Source of the DNA: Haliotis rubra
Lineage: Eukaryota
Direction: 5' to 3'
Assembly: GCF_003918875.1 (NCBI RefSeq)
Contig: NW_025765714.1
Span: 1,054,001 to 1,118,000, forward strand
DNA length: 64,000 nt
Part shown: in pieces, positions 1 through 13,431 of the stretch
Numbering within the stretch: the stretch's first letter is position 1
Layout of the letters: each line of letters begins with the position of its first letter
The notes under the pieces: generated by a model
The model's input: the letters and a program-made list of their open reading frames with translations, nothing else
Told to the model about the DNA's origin: nothing
Databases searched by the model: none
Translations under genes and position numbers: made by a program

Positions 1-1754
1 ATATTTAGCTTAAGTTTATTCATATCTTAAGCATTATGGTTACATTATAAAATGTTTTAGCTAACAAACTCTACGGAGTTGTTTTGCCTATTTAGGTAGC
101 TCAAGTTAATTATATCTTAAGCACAGTACTATACTCATATCATAAAGTATATTAGCTAATAAACTCTAGAGGAGTCTTTGCTGTTATACAGTACTGTGAT
201 TCTATATCATACTATATATATGCCTACAACTCTTAGAGTTCTACTATTATATATATGTTCAGCTTAAGTTTCAATCCTTAGAAGCTCAGTCATGTATGTT
301 CAGTTCATGACATGTATTAGTTAACAAACTCTCAGTAATTGGTTACTATTATACAGCTTAAGTTATAGTTATATCTTAAGCACAGTTATATTATAGCTTA
401 TATATATGCCATTGTGTAAGCAATACTTTGGTTCATTATAAAAGTATTCACTATAAACTATCAAGAGTTTATACTATCACATTAATGGCTTCAGCTTACT
501 TAATGTTATATATTCTTTTATTATATTCAGTAAATTGTAATAACCCTTATATGGCAGCTGATAAGTTAACAGCAGGAATTCTTCAGTTCAGTGCCTTTTA
601 TGAAGTTCCCATAGGGTTATTGCAATCATCTCAGTTCAAATCACTAATTAGTAAAATCCAAAGTATATATAATCCCCACCTCCTTATCAGTGGGATTCTA
701 CAAGCAATAAGCATGAGTCAGGATAAGGAAAAATATGTAAATTTTTAGAGTAAAATTAATATTTTATACTTATCTGACTCATGAGGGTAAGCCCTCCCAT
801 CCTCCCACATAACACTTTGAGGATTTCCTGGAAATTCAGGTGTTGGACTCAGTATATGAGGGAGAGAGTGAGGCACATGGGTTCAGGTGAAGCCCTCGTT
901 CAGCTTGTGGAAGGGAGGTAGCTTCGTGGTCAGTACTAATGAGTGATTTTTATTGAAGGAACTTCAATTGGGAGATACAAGTGTTCCACTAGGTTCGCAG
1001 AAGAGAGACAAGCTAAATAAGCATGGAGTCAGGATAAGTATAAAATATTAATTTTACTTCTAAAATTTCATGTTTGATCGAGTATAATTTTGCTTATGAT
1101 CTCGCGAAAGTGCTAAATGTGAGTTATTTACTTTTCAGTCACTTCTCACCTGGCCAGAGTATCGGACTCTCCTGTCCTTCATCTTGACAGAGAGGTCAGA
1201 GGTCAAGAGCATTGATGAGGAAGAGGTCAAGGATAAATTAAAGGGAGGAGGAGGACAAGTTGAAAGAAGGAAGATATTGCCTTTGAGCAGCAGCAGGGTG
1301 GTCGTGGTGGTGACTGATGCACTGACCTCTACCAAGGTCCTGGAGGTCAGCAGGGTGGTCTGTGGTGGTGATTGATGCACCAGCCTCTACCAGATCCTTT
1401 TGAGGGGTCGCAGCAGGGTGGTCTGTGGTGGTGATTGATGTACCAGCTCTACCAAGGTCAGGAGGAGTCCAGCAGGGTGGTCTGTGGTGAGGCAGTTGAT
1501 GCACAGCCTCACCACCAAAGGTGCGGAGGAGTCAGCAGGAGTGAGTCTGTGGTGGTATTTGATGTACCAGCCTCTACCAAGGTCCCAGGTCAGCAGGGTG
1601 GTCCAGTGGTAGTGATTGATGTACCCAGCCTCTACCAAGGTCGAGGAGGTCAGCAGAGGTGGTCTGTGAGTGGTGATTGATGTGTACCAGCCTTTACCAA
1701 GATCCTGGAGGTCCAGCAGGGGTGGTCAGTGGTGGTGATTGATGCACCAGCCTC
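1..1754 (+). repeat. Tandem duplicate of 3783-5507 (satellite end, DIRS terminus and 58-bp minisatellite)
   Basis: Near-identical to the sequence about 3782 bp downstream, differing mostly by 1-2 bp indels. Confidence 0.92.
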
Positions 1755-1789
1755 CCAGCTCTCTCATCCATACTTGGACCGCATGATAA

Positions 1790-2200
1790 CGATGGATCTA
1801 TCACTATGCCCAGTTATTACACTGAAAATATATCTCCAACGATCCAAATAGAGGCAGGGGATATTCAAGAGATTATTTATCCCTATATCTACAGCTCATG
1901 AGGCGGAAGTCTTACGTGCTACTATCTCTATCTGGATCAGAACTGTCATACTCACGTGCCTACAAGGCTGTTGGATGCTGACCCTCCAAGAGCTTCTAAT
2001 CCTCACTTAAATTAGAAGCTAGCCTCAACTCTAAAGCTCTACATGGAATTGTTAGTTGAATACCATAATGGAGGGATGTTTCTGGAGATCCGATATGGTG
2101 TTTGCCAACCACTATCTGAGAGATATCACCACCAAGGAAGTCTCAGGTATCCACCGTTTGGGGTCCCATGGTCCTCAAGCTCAACAGTTGACAGTTCCAC
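1790..2200 (+). pseudogene. DIRS tyrosine recombinase C-terminal fragment
   Basis: LCPV..LK.YL, ATISIWIR and W.S...F..HYL.D (catalytic Tyr region) motifs, interrupted by a stop codon and frameshifts. Confidence 0.8.
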
Positions 2201-2259
2201 GGAGAAGATAAGTCTATCTTACAGATTTTATACTTATCGGATGACAGTACTAATAGATA

Positions 2260-4290
2260 CATGCTATCTATATATTTTGCTTAAGTTTAATTTATTATCT
2301 TAAGCTCAGTACTATGGTGTTTATATCATACTACATATAAGCTAACAACTCTACGGAGTTTGTTATTATATATTTAGCTTAAGTTAATCATATCTTAAGC
2401 TCAATTCTATGGTTACATTATAATGTATTAGCTAACAAACTCTACAGAGTTTTTGCTATTATATATGTAGCTTAAGTTTATTCATATCTTAAGCTCAGTA
2501 CTACGTTTATATCATATAAGTATATTAGCTAACAAACTCTCAAGAGTTTTTGCTATTATATATTTTGCTTAAGTTTCATCATATCTTAAGCATTATGGTT
2601 TACATTATAACATGTATTAGCTAACAAACTCACGGAGTTTTTGTATTATATATATTTAGCTTAAGTTTCATCATATCTTAAGCATTAGTTTTACATTAAC
2701 ATGTATTAGCTTCACGGAGTTTTGGCTATTATATATGTAGCTTAAGTTAATTCATATCTTAAGCTCAGTTACTACGTTTATATCATATAAGTATATTAGC
2801 TAACAAACTCTAAAGAGTTTTTGCTATTATATATTTAGCTTAAGTTTATTCATATCTTAAGCATTATGGTTACATTATAAAATGTATTAGCTAACAAACT
2901 TTACGGAGTGTTTTGCTATTATATATGTAGCTTAAGTTTCATCATATCTTAAGCATTATGGGTACATTATAAAATGTATTAGCTAACAAACTCTCTGGAG
3001 TTTTGGCTATTATATATGTAGCTTAAGTTAATTCATATCTTAAGCTCAGTACTATGTTTATATCATAAGTATATTAGCTAACAAACTCTAAAGAGTTTTT
3101 GCTATTATATATTTAGCTTAAGTTTATTCATATCTTAAGCATTATGGTTACATTATAAAATGTTTTTAGCTAACAAACTCTGAGGAGTTTTGCTATTATA
3201 TATGTAGCTTAAGTTTATTCATATCTTAAGCTCAGTACTATATTATATCATATAAGTATCTTAGCTAACAAACTCTAAAGAGTTTTTTGCTATTATATAT
3301 TTAGCTTAAGTTTCATCATATCTTAAGCATTATGGTTACATTATAAAATGTATTAGCTAACAAACTCTCTGGACAGAGTTTTGCTATTATATATGTAGCT
3401 TAAGTTAATTCATATCTTAAGCTCAGTACTATGTTTATATCATCATAAGTATATTAGCTAACAAACTCTAAAGAGTTTTTTGCTATTATATATTTAGCTT
3501 AAGTTTATTCATATCTTAAGCATTATGGTTACATTATAAAATGTATTAGCTAACAAACTCTACGGAGTTTTTGCTATTATATATGTAGCTTAAGTTAATT
3601 CATATCTTAAGCTCAGTACTATGTTTATATCATATAAGTATATTAGCTAACAAACTCTAAAGAGTTTTTTGCTATTATATATTTAGCTTAAGTTTATTCA
3701 TATCTTAAGCATTATGGTTACATTATAAAATGTATTAGCTAACAAACTCTATCTTAAGGAGTACTATATTTTGCTATAATATATATTTAGCTTAAGTTTA
3801 TTCATATCTTAAGCATTATGGTTACATTATAAAATGTTTTAGCTAACAAACTCTAGGAGTTGTTTGGCTATTTAGGTAGCTCAAGTTAATTATATCTTAA
3901 GCACAGTACTATACTCATATCATAAAGTATATTAGCTAATAAACTCTAGGGAGTCTTTTGCTGTTATACAGTACTGTGATTCTATATCATACTATATATA
4001 TGCCTACAACTCTTAGGAGTTCTACTATTATATATATGTTCAGCTTAAGTTTCAATCCTTAAGCTCAGTCATATGTTCAGTTCATGACATGTATTAGTTA
4101 ACAAACTCTCAGTAATTGGTTACTATTATACAGCTTAAGTTATAGTTATATCTTAAGCACAGTTATATTATAGCTTATATATATGCATATTGTAAGCTTA
4201 ATACTTTGGTTCATTATAAAAGTATTCACTATAAACTATCAAGAGTTTATACTATCACATTAATGGCTTCAGCTTACTTAATGTTATATA
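2260..4290. repeat. AT-rich satellite, alternating ~91 and ~95 bp monomers (~187-bp dimer)
   Basis: GCTATT anchors at 2823, 2915, 3006, 3101, 3192, 3289; two monomer types (gcattatggttacattataaaatg and gctcagtactatgtttatatcataagta). Confidence 0.92.
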
Positions 4291-5059
4291 TTCTTTTATT
4301 ATATTCAGTAAATTGTAATAACCCTTATATGGCAGCTGATAAGTTAACAGCAGGAATTCTTCAGTTCAGTGCCTTTATGAAGTTCCCATAGGGTTATTGC
4401 AATCATCTCAGTTCAAATCACTAATTAGTAAAATCCAAAGTATATATAATCCCACCTCCTTATCCAGTAGGATTCTACAAACAATAAGCATGAGTCAGGA
4501 TAAGGAAAAATATGAAATTTTTAGAGTAAAATTAATATTTTATACTTATCCTGACTCATGAGGTAAGCCCTCCCATCCTCCCCACATAACACTTTGGATT
4601 TCCCTGGAAATTCAGGTGTTGGGCTCAGTATATGAGGAGAGAGTGAGGCACATGGGTTCAGGTGGCGCCCTCGTTCCCGCGCTTGTGGAAGGGAGGTAAC
4701 TCGTGGTCAGTACTAATGAGTGATTTTTTATTGAAGGGAACTTCAATTGGGAGATACAAGTGTTCCACTAGGTTCGCCAGAAGAAGAAGACAAGCAATAA
4801 GCATGAGTCAGGATAAGTATAAAATATTAATTTTACTCTAAAAATTTCATGTTTGATCGATATAATTTGCTTATGATCTGCGAAAGTGCTAAATGTGAGT
4901 TATTTACTTTCAGTCACTTCTCACCTGGCCAGAGTATCCGGACTCTCCCCTGTCCTTCATCTTGACAGAGAGGTCAGAGGTCGACATTGATGAGGAAGAG
5001 GTCAAGGATAAATTAAAAGAGGAGGAGGACAAGTTGAAAGAGGAAGATATTGCCTTTGA

Positions 5060-5910
5060 AGGCAGCAGGGTGGTCCGTGGTGGTGACTGATGCACTGACC
5101 TCTACCAAGGTCCTGGAGGTCAGCAGGGTGGTCTGTGGTGGTGATTGATGCACCAGCCTCTACCAAGGTCCTTGAGGTCAGCAGGGTGGTCTGTGGTGGT
5201 GATTGATGTACCAGCCTCTACCAAGGTCCCGGAGGTCAGCAGGGTGGTCTGTGGTGGTGATTGATGCACAGCCTCTACCAAGGTGCCGGAGGTCAGCAGG
5301 GTGGTCTGTGGTGGTATTTGATGTACCAGCCTCTACCAAGGTCCCGGAGGTCAGCAGGGTGGTCAGTGGTGGTGATTGATGTACCAGCCTCTACCAAGGT
5401 CCCGGAGGTCAGCAGGGTGGTCTGTGGTGGTGATTGATGTACCAGCCTTTACCAAGATCCTGGAGGTCAGCAGGGTGGTCAGTGGTGGTGATTGATGCAC
5501 CAGCCTCTACCAAGATCCTGGAGGTCAGCAGGGTGGTCCATGGTGGTGACTGATGCACCAGCCTTGACCCGAGGTCAGCAGGGTGGTCTGTGGTGGTGAT
5601 TGATGCACAGCCTCTACCAAGGTCCCGGAGGTCAGCAGGGTGGTCTGTGGTGGTGATTGATGTACCAGCCTCTACCAAGGTCCCGGAGGTCAGCAGGGTG
5701 GTCAGTGGTGGTGATTGATGTACCAGCCTCTACCAAGGTCCCGGAGGTCAGCAGGGTGGTCTGTGGTGGTGATTGATGTACCAGCCTTTACCAAGATCCT
5801 GGAGGTCAGCAGGGTGGTCTGTGGTGGTGATTGATGCACCAACCTCTACCAAGATCCTGGAGGTCAGCAGGGTGGTCCATGGTGGTGACCGATGCACCAG
5901 CCTTGAACAT
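5060..5910. repeat. 58-bp G-rich minisatellite (~14 copies; second array at about 1285-1754)
   Basis: Unit ggaggtcagcagggtggtctgtggtggtgattgatgtaccagcctctaccaaggtccc. Confidence 0.95.
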
Positions 5911-6454
5911 CTGCATGGTGGTCTGTGGTGTTAGAAAATCTTCGTGGTGTCTGTGGTGGTTACCTATGTGTCTCACAGTAGTCTATTTCTGATGTTTATG
6001 TTGTGAAAATGAAAGTAATATTTCTCATCATATTTTGTATAGGAGTGAATATTTTGATGAGAAGATGATTTCTATTTCTCAACTGCTGAACACGTATGTG
6101 ATTATCTCCCTTTGATCAGTTGAATCTCATAATCTCTTGAGTGGTCAAAGAATTTCAGCTTATACCAAATATTTATCTTTCATGACAATACAACCGGGAC
6201 ACCCCTGTCCAAGTGTTGACCTGCTGCCCCACTGCAAATGTATCACATGTAGGTCATTCAGAAGTCTGCTGCTGACATCAACTCAATGTGTCTCATGCAC
6301 CTATTGTAAATGCCTGTTTGAACTCGATGTACCGCATATATTGAGTACATTGTAATTATTTACTGAACAATATCATACCAACTGATGATGAAGTGAATCC
6401 TGGAGCTTAGATGTGAAACACTTTGGTCCTGTGAAAAAGTGTCGGTCCCTCTAG

Positions 6455-7008
6455 CGAGTTTGGTTTTACACCACTTTTAACAATAGTCCATAGGGATGCC
6501 ACGATACATCGATACATTGATGCTTCTTCTAAGACTTACAATTATCGATACATTCAAAACTGTATCAATATTTAGTTTTGAAAGTATTGGTTTAAATATG
6601 TTTATTATATCATTTACATTTTGCAATTGTATCATGTTTTTTTTATGTTATGAGTGTTATAAATGATTATTTTTCATGCACAAAGATAGGAAATTAGAAC
6701 TTTTTAATCTCTTAGAATAAAAAATGTCGATCTTTTCATGGAAAATGATGAAATATGAAATATTAATGTTCAAAATGTAACTAAGTTTATGTGATAATGC
6801 CGCGAAAATAGGTATCGTGAGACGTATCGAATCATGACATGGGTATTGTGATACGTATCGATTCATGAAACTAATGTATCGTGACATCCCTAATAGTCCA
6901 ACAATGTTACGGCGGGGACACCAGAAATGGTCTTCACACGTACCCATGTGGGGAATCGAATGCAGGTCTTTGCGTGATGAGTGAACGCTTTAGCCACTGC
7001 CCCGTCCC
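6455..7008 (-). mobile_element. tRNA-derived SINE family A, split by a hAT MITE
   Basis: Tail at 6455-6490 and head at 6893-7008 match the other family A copies. Confidence 0.85.
6491..6892. mobile_element. hAT-type MITE
   Basis: TIRs tagggatgccacgatac / gtatcgtgacatcccta; exact 8-bp TSD atagtcca; many subterminal gatac/gtatc motifs. Confidence 0.9.
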
Positions 7009-7357
7009 TCATGTTCAGAGCCATCTAAACATACTGCTGCTCAGTAATCACTGCGGACACACTGATATGGTAGTGTTCCTGGGTCAGCTTACATTCACAT
7101 TTTCACTAGAGTGTATTTTGCCACTGGAGGGGTCTGCATCGCTGGACATAACAGGTTGGTTTAGATGTGAATTGTGTATTGAATAAAATATTGGGTTTTT
7201 TTATATCCAATGTTATTTTTGTTTGTAAGATGTTGATGCTTATTTGTGATTTTCTTTCCTGGTAACATGTTTCCTCCTGATTAAGGGGGGAAGTACATAT
7301 ATTCAATGTGCACATCCTCACTAGACATGATGATGGTCAGAGGCAACATCTTGTGAG

Positions 7358-7998
7358 GATTTTACTGAGGCTGTCTCATCTAGCAGTAGATATACAACAT
7401 GCCAGTAAAGATTTTACTGAGGCTGTCTCATCTAGCAGTAGATATACAACATGCCAGTAAAGATTTTACTGAAGTTGTCTCATCTAGCAGTAGATATACA
7501 ACATGCCAGTAAAGATTTTACTGAAGTTGTCTCATCTAGCAGTAGATATACAACATGCCAGTAAAGATTTTACTGAAGTTGTCTCATCTAGCAGTAGATA
7601 TACAACATGCCAGTAAAGATTTTACTGAAGTTGTCTCATCTAGCAGTAGATATACAACATGCCAGTAAAGATTTTACTGAAGTTGTCTCATCTAGCAGTA
7701 GATATACAACATGCCAGTAAAGATTTTACTGAAGTTGTCTCATCTAGCAGTAGATATACAACATGCCAGTAAAGATTTTACTGAGGCTGTCTCATCTAGC
7801 AGTAGATATACAACATGCCAGTAAAGATTTTACTGAAGTTGTCTCATCTAGCAGTAGATATACAACATGCCAGTAAAGATTTTACTGAAGTTGTCTCATC
7901 TAGCAGTAGATATACAACATGCCAGTAAAGATTTTACTGAAGTTGTCTCATCTAGCAGTAGATATACAACACCTCAGTAAAGATTTTACTGAAGTTGT
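7358..7998. repeat. 52-bp minisatellite (~12 copies)
   Basis: Unit gattttactgaagttgtctcatctagcagtagatatacaacatgccagtaaa. Confidence 0.97.
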
Positions 7999-10577
7999 GT
8001 TTGAAGGCACCATTTGGCTGCTATTGGGACAGCAGCATGGAGTAAGGTCTTATGGCAGTGTCAGATTGTTGCACAGGCAACTGAAGAAGCAGAAAAAAAA
8101 TTGGTTATATTATTGTCACATATTGTGTATAACATTACAGTACCTCACTAAAATGTGGAATATTAAAGTACTGTCGAAAGTAGAAAAAAAACTGTATTTT
8201 CTCATTTATCTCTACAATTTATGTAGTTCATATGGGCAAGTGTGAAATATCTGTTAAACCAAGTTCAGCCTAACTACAGTCTCACTGGTAGGGACATAGG
8301 AAACGTAGAAAAAGGACTTTACTGAGGAGAGATTAGTGCAGAAATGAGCAATGCAGGTTTTTTGTAAGTCCAAAACGATTTATTTGGAACAGACCATGGC
8401 TTTATGCAAATTAGTGTGTGACAATTTTGTATTACAAAGGACACTTTTTAAATGCCCAATTTGAAATTAGACGTAGCTTCATTATAAACGATAGCTGGCG
8501 TAAAAAAGAATAACTTTCATACTGAAACTATTAAGGATGTAGCTACCATGGAGTCTCACTATCACTATAAACAGAAACAGATAGGAGGGTTCGTCTCAAA
8601 AGCAAAACCTGGACGGGTGTCACAGACAATCGTTGGGGTTGGGCTAGGGGATAGAGATATTAGCTAAGATAAGATAATCCTTAAGGGCAATTATACTGGG
8701 GAAGTACACGGCATGTCATAACAATTTACAAATAATATCCAGTCCTAGCGATCTTTGCGATCAGGTGGTCATTCCACCTATATATTTTGAGACATTTAAT
8801 ACGATGCATTTCTATGGTTATCAGGTATCATACTCATTTACATATCTCAACATAAACTTTATGAAAGAAAGATTCGTAAGATGTTAATCAATAGATGAGG
8901 CATAGTCAACACACAAAAACACAAAATATCTTTGAGATGACCCCTTGTGCCTGTAGGGGTAGCACACGGTCCGTCGTCATACCTGGCTGAGCGACCTAAT
9001 TGCCATGTATAGTCTGATATATTGTTTTCAGCAGCTATTCGTATTTTTTCTAAGTTTTGCCCGATTTTACGAGTAAACATGCTTTTCTGGATATCATTTT
9101 ACGCATCCCACTGAATGCCCAGTTAGGCCGAAGTGGGTTATTTCGACATATGCTATTTGCAGTTGTGTAAATTTTAGGGATACAGAGTAACAGCCTAAAA
9201 ACAGGGGTGTTTTTCTATTTCCGACTGTACTTTAGCATCTCAGAGAGACAACACAGCCCATGTATAAAGTGCATACAGATGTAGTGAACAGATGATAACA
9301 TCAGAGCACCTATACACAACACATCTTGTTGTACCTGTATCTGCAGGCCATGCTGGGATCGGATTACTTCAGTCACACTGTACAACTGGTGCATGTCCAG
9401 GGGAAGCCTACACCCTGATAAGTGCCCTCAGTAGGTTATGTCTCTAGTAATTGGCCATTATTTACTCTTATGTCAAAATTTTCCTACAGCTAATCCTAGA
9501 TGAGCGTCATCGGTCAAGATCTATTCAGTCTGTTATTGATTAATTTAAGAACTGGTTATTTATTGATGCACTAATTTGGAAAATTATCTTACACCTCATC
9601 ATGAAGTTGCTACTGAGGATGCAGATAAGATTTCCTAAATGGAAAATTCCTTCCTGAAGTCGTCCCACGCTTGTACAATATAGTACACTGACTGCCATGC
9701 CAACAGGTGGGACCCTGTTGCAATGCCTTCCATGTGATTCACGAGGGAGCTACAATGGGTTGAGATGTTTACTCAACACTGATCTTTCAAACTGCGGCCT
9801 GAATCTGGGTGAATCTGAGGCTGTTGTTGATAAGTTGTGGACATGTAGAAATAACAACATGTTTGAGGGCAGGCAGTTGAACTTGGTGTACAAGAATTTA
9901 AAAACAAATGTGAAAAATTAACATGTGGCCCCTTTACATTTAATCAACAGAGATTATTTTTAGATGTAGGTCTAAAAAGGCATCCATGATAAAATTCTGT
10001 AAGGCATGTAACTGAACCACTAATATTCATATATCTTTGTCTTTCTTGCCTATACTAAAAAATGTTTTCCCCTTCAGGACATTTTACCATTTGGCAGAGA
10101 TCCTTTTCTTTCGTTATGACTAAGTGGTTGCCAAATATTGCAATCACTGGATGCCTCACAGGATCAATATTGAGTTGTGTAATAGTCCTCAACATTCCAG
10201 TCACATGCTAAAACTTTCCATTCAAAGGCTGAGACAGTGTTTTCGCAATACAGCCATGCTGAATTGTTTTCCAGATTGTATGCACTGATTCCACTAGGTG
10301 ATGGGAACGTGTGATGCAGTCCTCCTCCTCCTCATCAGGACTGGACTTCCCAATATCTGCCATGTGATCTGCACAAGTGGATGGCATGGCCAGCTGTAAA
10401 CCATGTCCCCAGTTGTCCCGTGATATGTCATCCATCAGTTGTGAGAAGCCTCTTTCTGTCTGCTTGGGTCTTTGGCATGTTCAAATATAATGATAAGTCT
10501 GTGATGTCTAACAGATAATCAAACATTTCACTTTCTAGGTCTGTTTTACATGTCCCCTATATGGCTCAGGATGTCAG

Positions 10578-10915
10578 GTGAGGTGAAATGGGGTTGCAAT
10601 TAAGATTATTTCGCTCATATGACGACATGTATCCCTGTGTATGTGTGGCTGCTTGTACTAGCCCAGACTTAAGCTGGTTTTATAGTGCTAGCTCACTGAG
10701 ATAACATGTTGCAGTGAAGCATGAATACCCCACTCAGACACATTATACTGACTCCGAGGGGACCAGTCCTTGTTGTACCCATTAATGCCGAGCGCCAGGC
10801 AGGGACCAACAAGTACCATATTTTAACGTCTTTTGGTATGATGCGGTTGGGGATCGAACCCGAGCCCTTCTGCTCTCCGGGCGGACGCTCTAACCACTAC
10901 ACCACGGAGGGGCTC
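10578..10915 (-). mobile_element. tRNA-derived SINE family C (central domain resembles the Meta-SINE domain)
   Basis: A box TGGTGTAGTGG and B box GGTTCGATCC on the minus strand; cataccaaaagacgttaaaatatggtac core; TCACC tail; homologous to 20652-20957. Confidence 0.8.
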
Positions 10916-12664
10916 GGTTTAGGTTATGTGTGTGATTAAGTGACAACCTGCCCCTCTGTGGCAAGACAAATTGCAATGTCAGCTTTCTCTGCATGTTGAA
11001 AGTGTTCCAGTTGATCGTCTGTTAATTTCTTTGCATGGCAGAACATGAATGGCAACTGTGTCCTATTGTGTGTCTCCACAACAACCCCACAGTTAACATT
11101 CAGCCATGCAGGGCAGATACAGGTTCATTGCTTTCTTGGGGAAACATCAACAGGATGTTTACTGTTGTGCAGGTTTCTGATGAGGTGGGTGGTTTCCAGG
11201 ATGTGAAATACCTGTATTACAATGAGGGTGTTTTGAGTAAAAGACACTTTGAGTCCTTTCAAAATATGTTTACTCCCTAAAATACTTTGAATTAGTGACG
11301 TACAGACTAACATGTTTGTATCATGAATTTGGTTTCAGGTTACTGCAGCTAGTTTGGTATTTTTGTGACAATGTTTCATGGCTACTGTTTACTCATCAGG
11401 ACACCCCCTTTTATCCAAATCCAGGATCTGCCTTTGCACTTTTTTTATGTTAGTGAGGAATGTGTTGACACTAAGCATCAAATGATACAGTGGTCTGAGT
11501 CACAGATAACCGCTTTTTGTGATGTGCTAATTCCACTAAGTAGTGGGGAATACAACAGTTAGTCATCTTTTCATCACCCTTTTATATGACATTAGTGTCA
11601 TTAAATCTCTTTACTTTGATGAAGAATATTTGCTGTTTACTAGAGAGACAACTACTTCTATGGTATGAAAATGTATGGAGTTTTGATTGGAACAGAAATA
11701 AATCTACAGGAATCTTTGCTATTGACAACTTTTGATAGTTAACAATTCTCATTCAGGGCTAACTGATGTGTCTGCCCCCGTACATTATATTACATACTCA
11801 TGCTTGTCATAGCTACTATGTCCAACTATCTGGTATTACATACTCATGCTTGTCATAGCTACTATGTCCAACTATCATGTACCTAGATAGACCTCAGCTG
11901 GTACTGTAAGTATACACATTTGCACATGTACTGTAACTATTTTGATCACTGATGTATACTGAAACTGGTCTGTGATTAAGTAAGTAGAAATAGATCTGAG
12001 TCAATGATAAAGTATGGGGGTTGAGCCTCGGTGTAGTTCTCAGCATACAAACAGGACAGGGGAAATTCAGCTGTAATTCCCACTGACCTCATTATATCTC
12101 AGGCCTTTATTTGTCAGCAAGTTGAGCGCTACAAAAGCTTCCCCTATGAGTCAGTGCTATACCGGGTACTTCCTGGTAGGAGGAAATAAAAAGTTACCCT
12201 TTCTCGGACATACAAAGGTCAAAGTTGTCTAGTGCGAGAACATGCTGTGAATATACAAAAGTATGTTTTCATCCCCAAATTGTACCAGTGATAACTCAGC
12301 ATCTCCTACAGGGACACCTTGGTGAACTTTTTGTTCTTTAGTGATCGATCCACAGATCGAAATCAACTAGAACAATGTAAAATATATGTAAGAAGTTGAT
12401 CTTTATTTTCCTTAGTGACTTCTTATTTTTATGGATTATCAAAAAATAGTACAATTCCATAGATATGAATATATTATGTACAATTGTTAGAATGTGAAGT
12501 ATTATATCTTGACACTGCCATGTAGAGGACTCAGTTTCCCGTTCAATAATTATATAGCCCTGCCCTAGAAAACATCCATTCCTTCACCCCTACTACTGAC
12601 TGACTGCCTGAGTTACCCCACCACCCCTCACCCCCACTAAACTGTAGGAGACACACAATGCCGA

Positions 12665-12975
12665 GTATGCAAATATACATCGAGTAGAAGTATACACAAG
12701 TATGTCAAGTATTAAAGTATGAACATCTATGTCAAGTATTCAGGTATACAAATATATGCCAAATATAGAAGTATACAAATATACATCGAGTAGAAGTATA
12801 CACAAGTATGTCAAGTATTCATGTATGAACATCTATGTCAAGTATTCAGGTATACAAATATGTGCCAAATATACAAGTATACAAATATACATCGAGTAGA
12901 AGTATACACAAGTATGTCATGTATGAACATCTATGTCAAGTATTCAGGTATACAAATATGTGCCAAATAGAGAAG
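12665..12975. repeat. Short tandem array (~3 copies of ~110 bp, built on aagtat subunits)
   Basis: Repeated caaatatacatcgagtagaagtatacacaagtatgtca. Confidence 0.85.
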
Positions 12976-13431
12976 TGTATTGAACAACACAATTAGGAGC
13001 ACCATGTGTGACAAATCTCATTTCTTGCCTTGTGTAGAAGTATGTCTCAATGTTGGATATGACTTAATGCCTTCAAAATACCATATAGGTGTGGTGTCCT
13101 TTTAACAATGAGATGGAATATTTGAAGATCTATCTTAGATGTCTCTCAAATGTGAAAACCTTCTTATCTTTTCTTCTCGGACTTATTTTGGGAGCATATT
13201 TGTCATGAGGAAAGTTGAGCACACCTGGAAATTCCACCCAGGTAAATAGTGGAATAATATGGTTCAGTCAGTTGATTTGGTTCGTTCATGGTTACCCTTC
13301 CTCGTGTGGGGTTCTGGTTCTTGGGAGTGGGGCAAGCCAACCACCATTCAATGACTTGTCTGGACAAAGTATTCTCTGTACATGAATCAAGGAAATATTA
13401 TATCAGATAATCAATCTGTATTATGCACTAG

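Larger units (their letters stand above)
1760..4870 (+). mobile_element. DIRS-type retrotransposon 3' portion (degenerate tyrosine recombinase, embedded satellite, ICR/ITR-like terminus)
   Basis: Frameshifted YR motifs DLSLCPVITLKIYLQR..KRLFIPIS and IMEGCFWRSDMVFANHYLRDIT at about 1790-2170; perfect 49-bp inverted repeat 4512-4560/4802-4850 plus a direct repeat AATAAGCATGAGTCAGGATAAG. Confidence 0.8.

Noticed and set aside
428-748. 106-aa ORF (61 aa in the duplicate at 4206)
   Set aside because: Lies in decayed satellite and DIRS UTR sequence; frame is not conserved between the two copies
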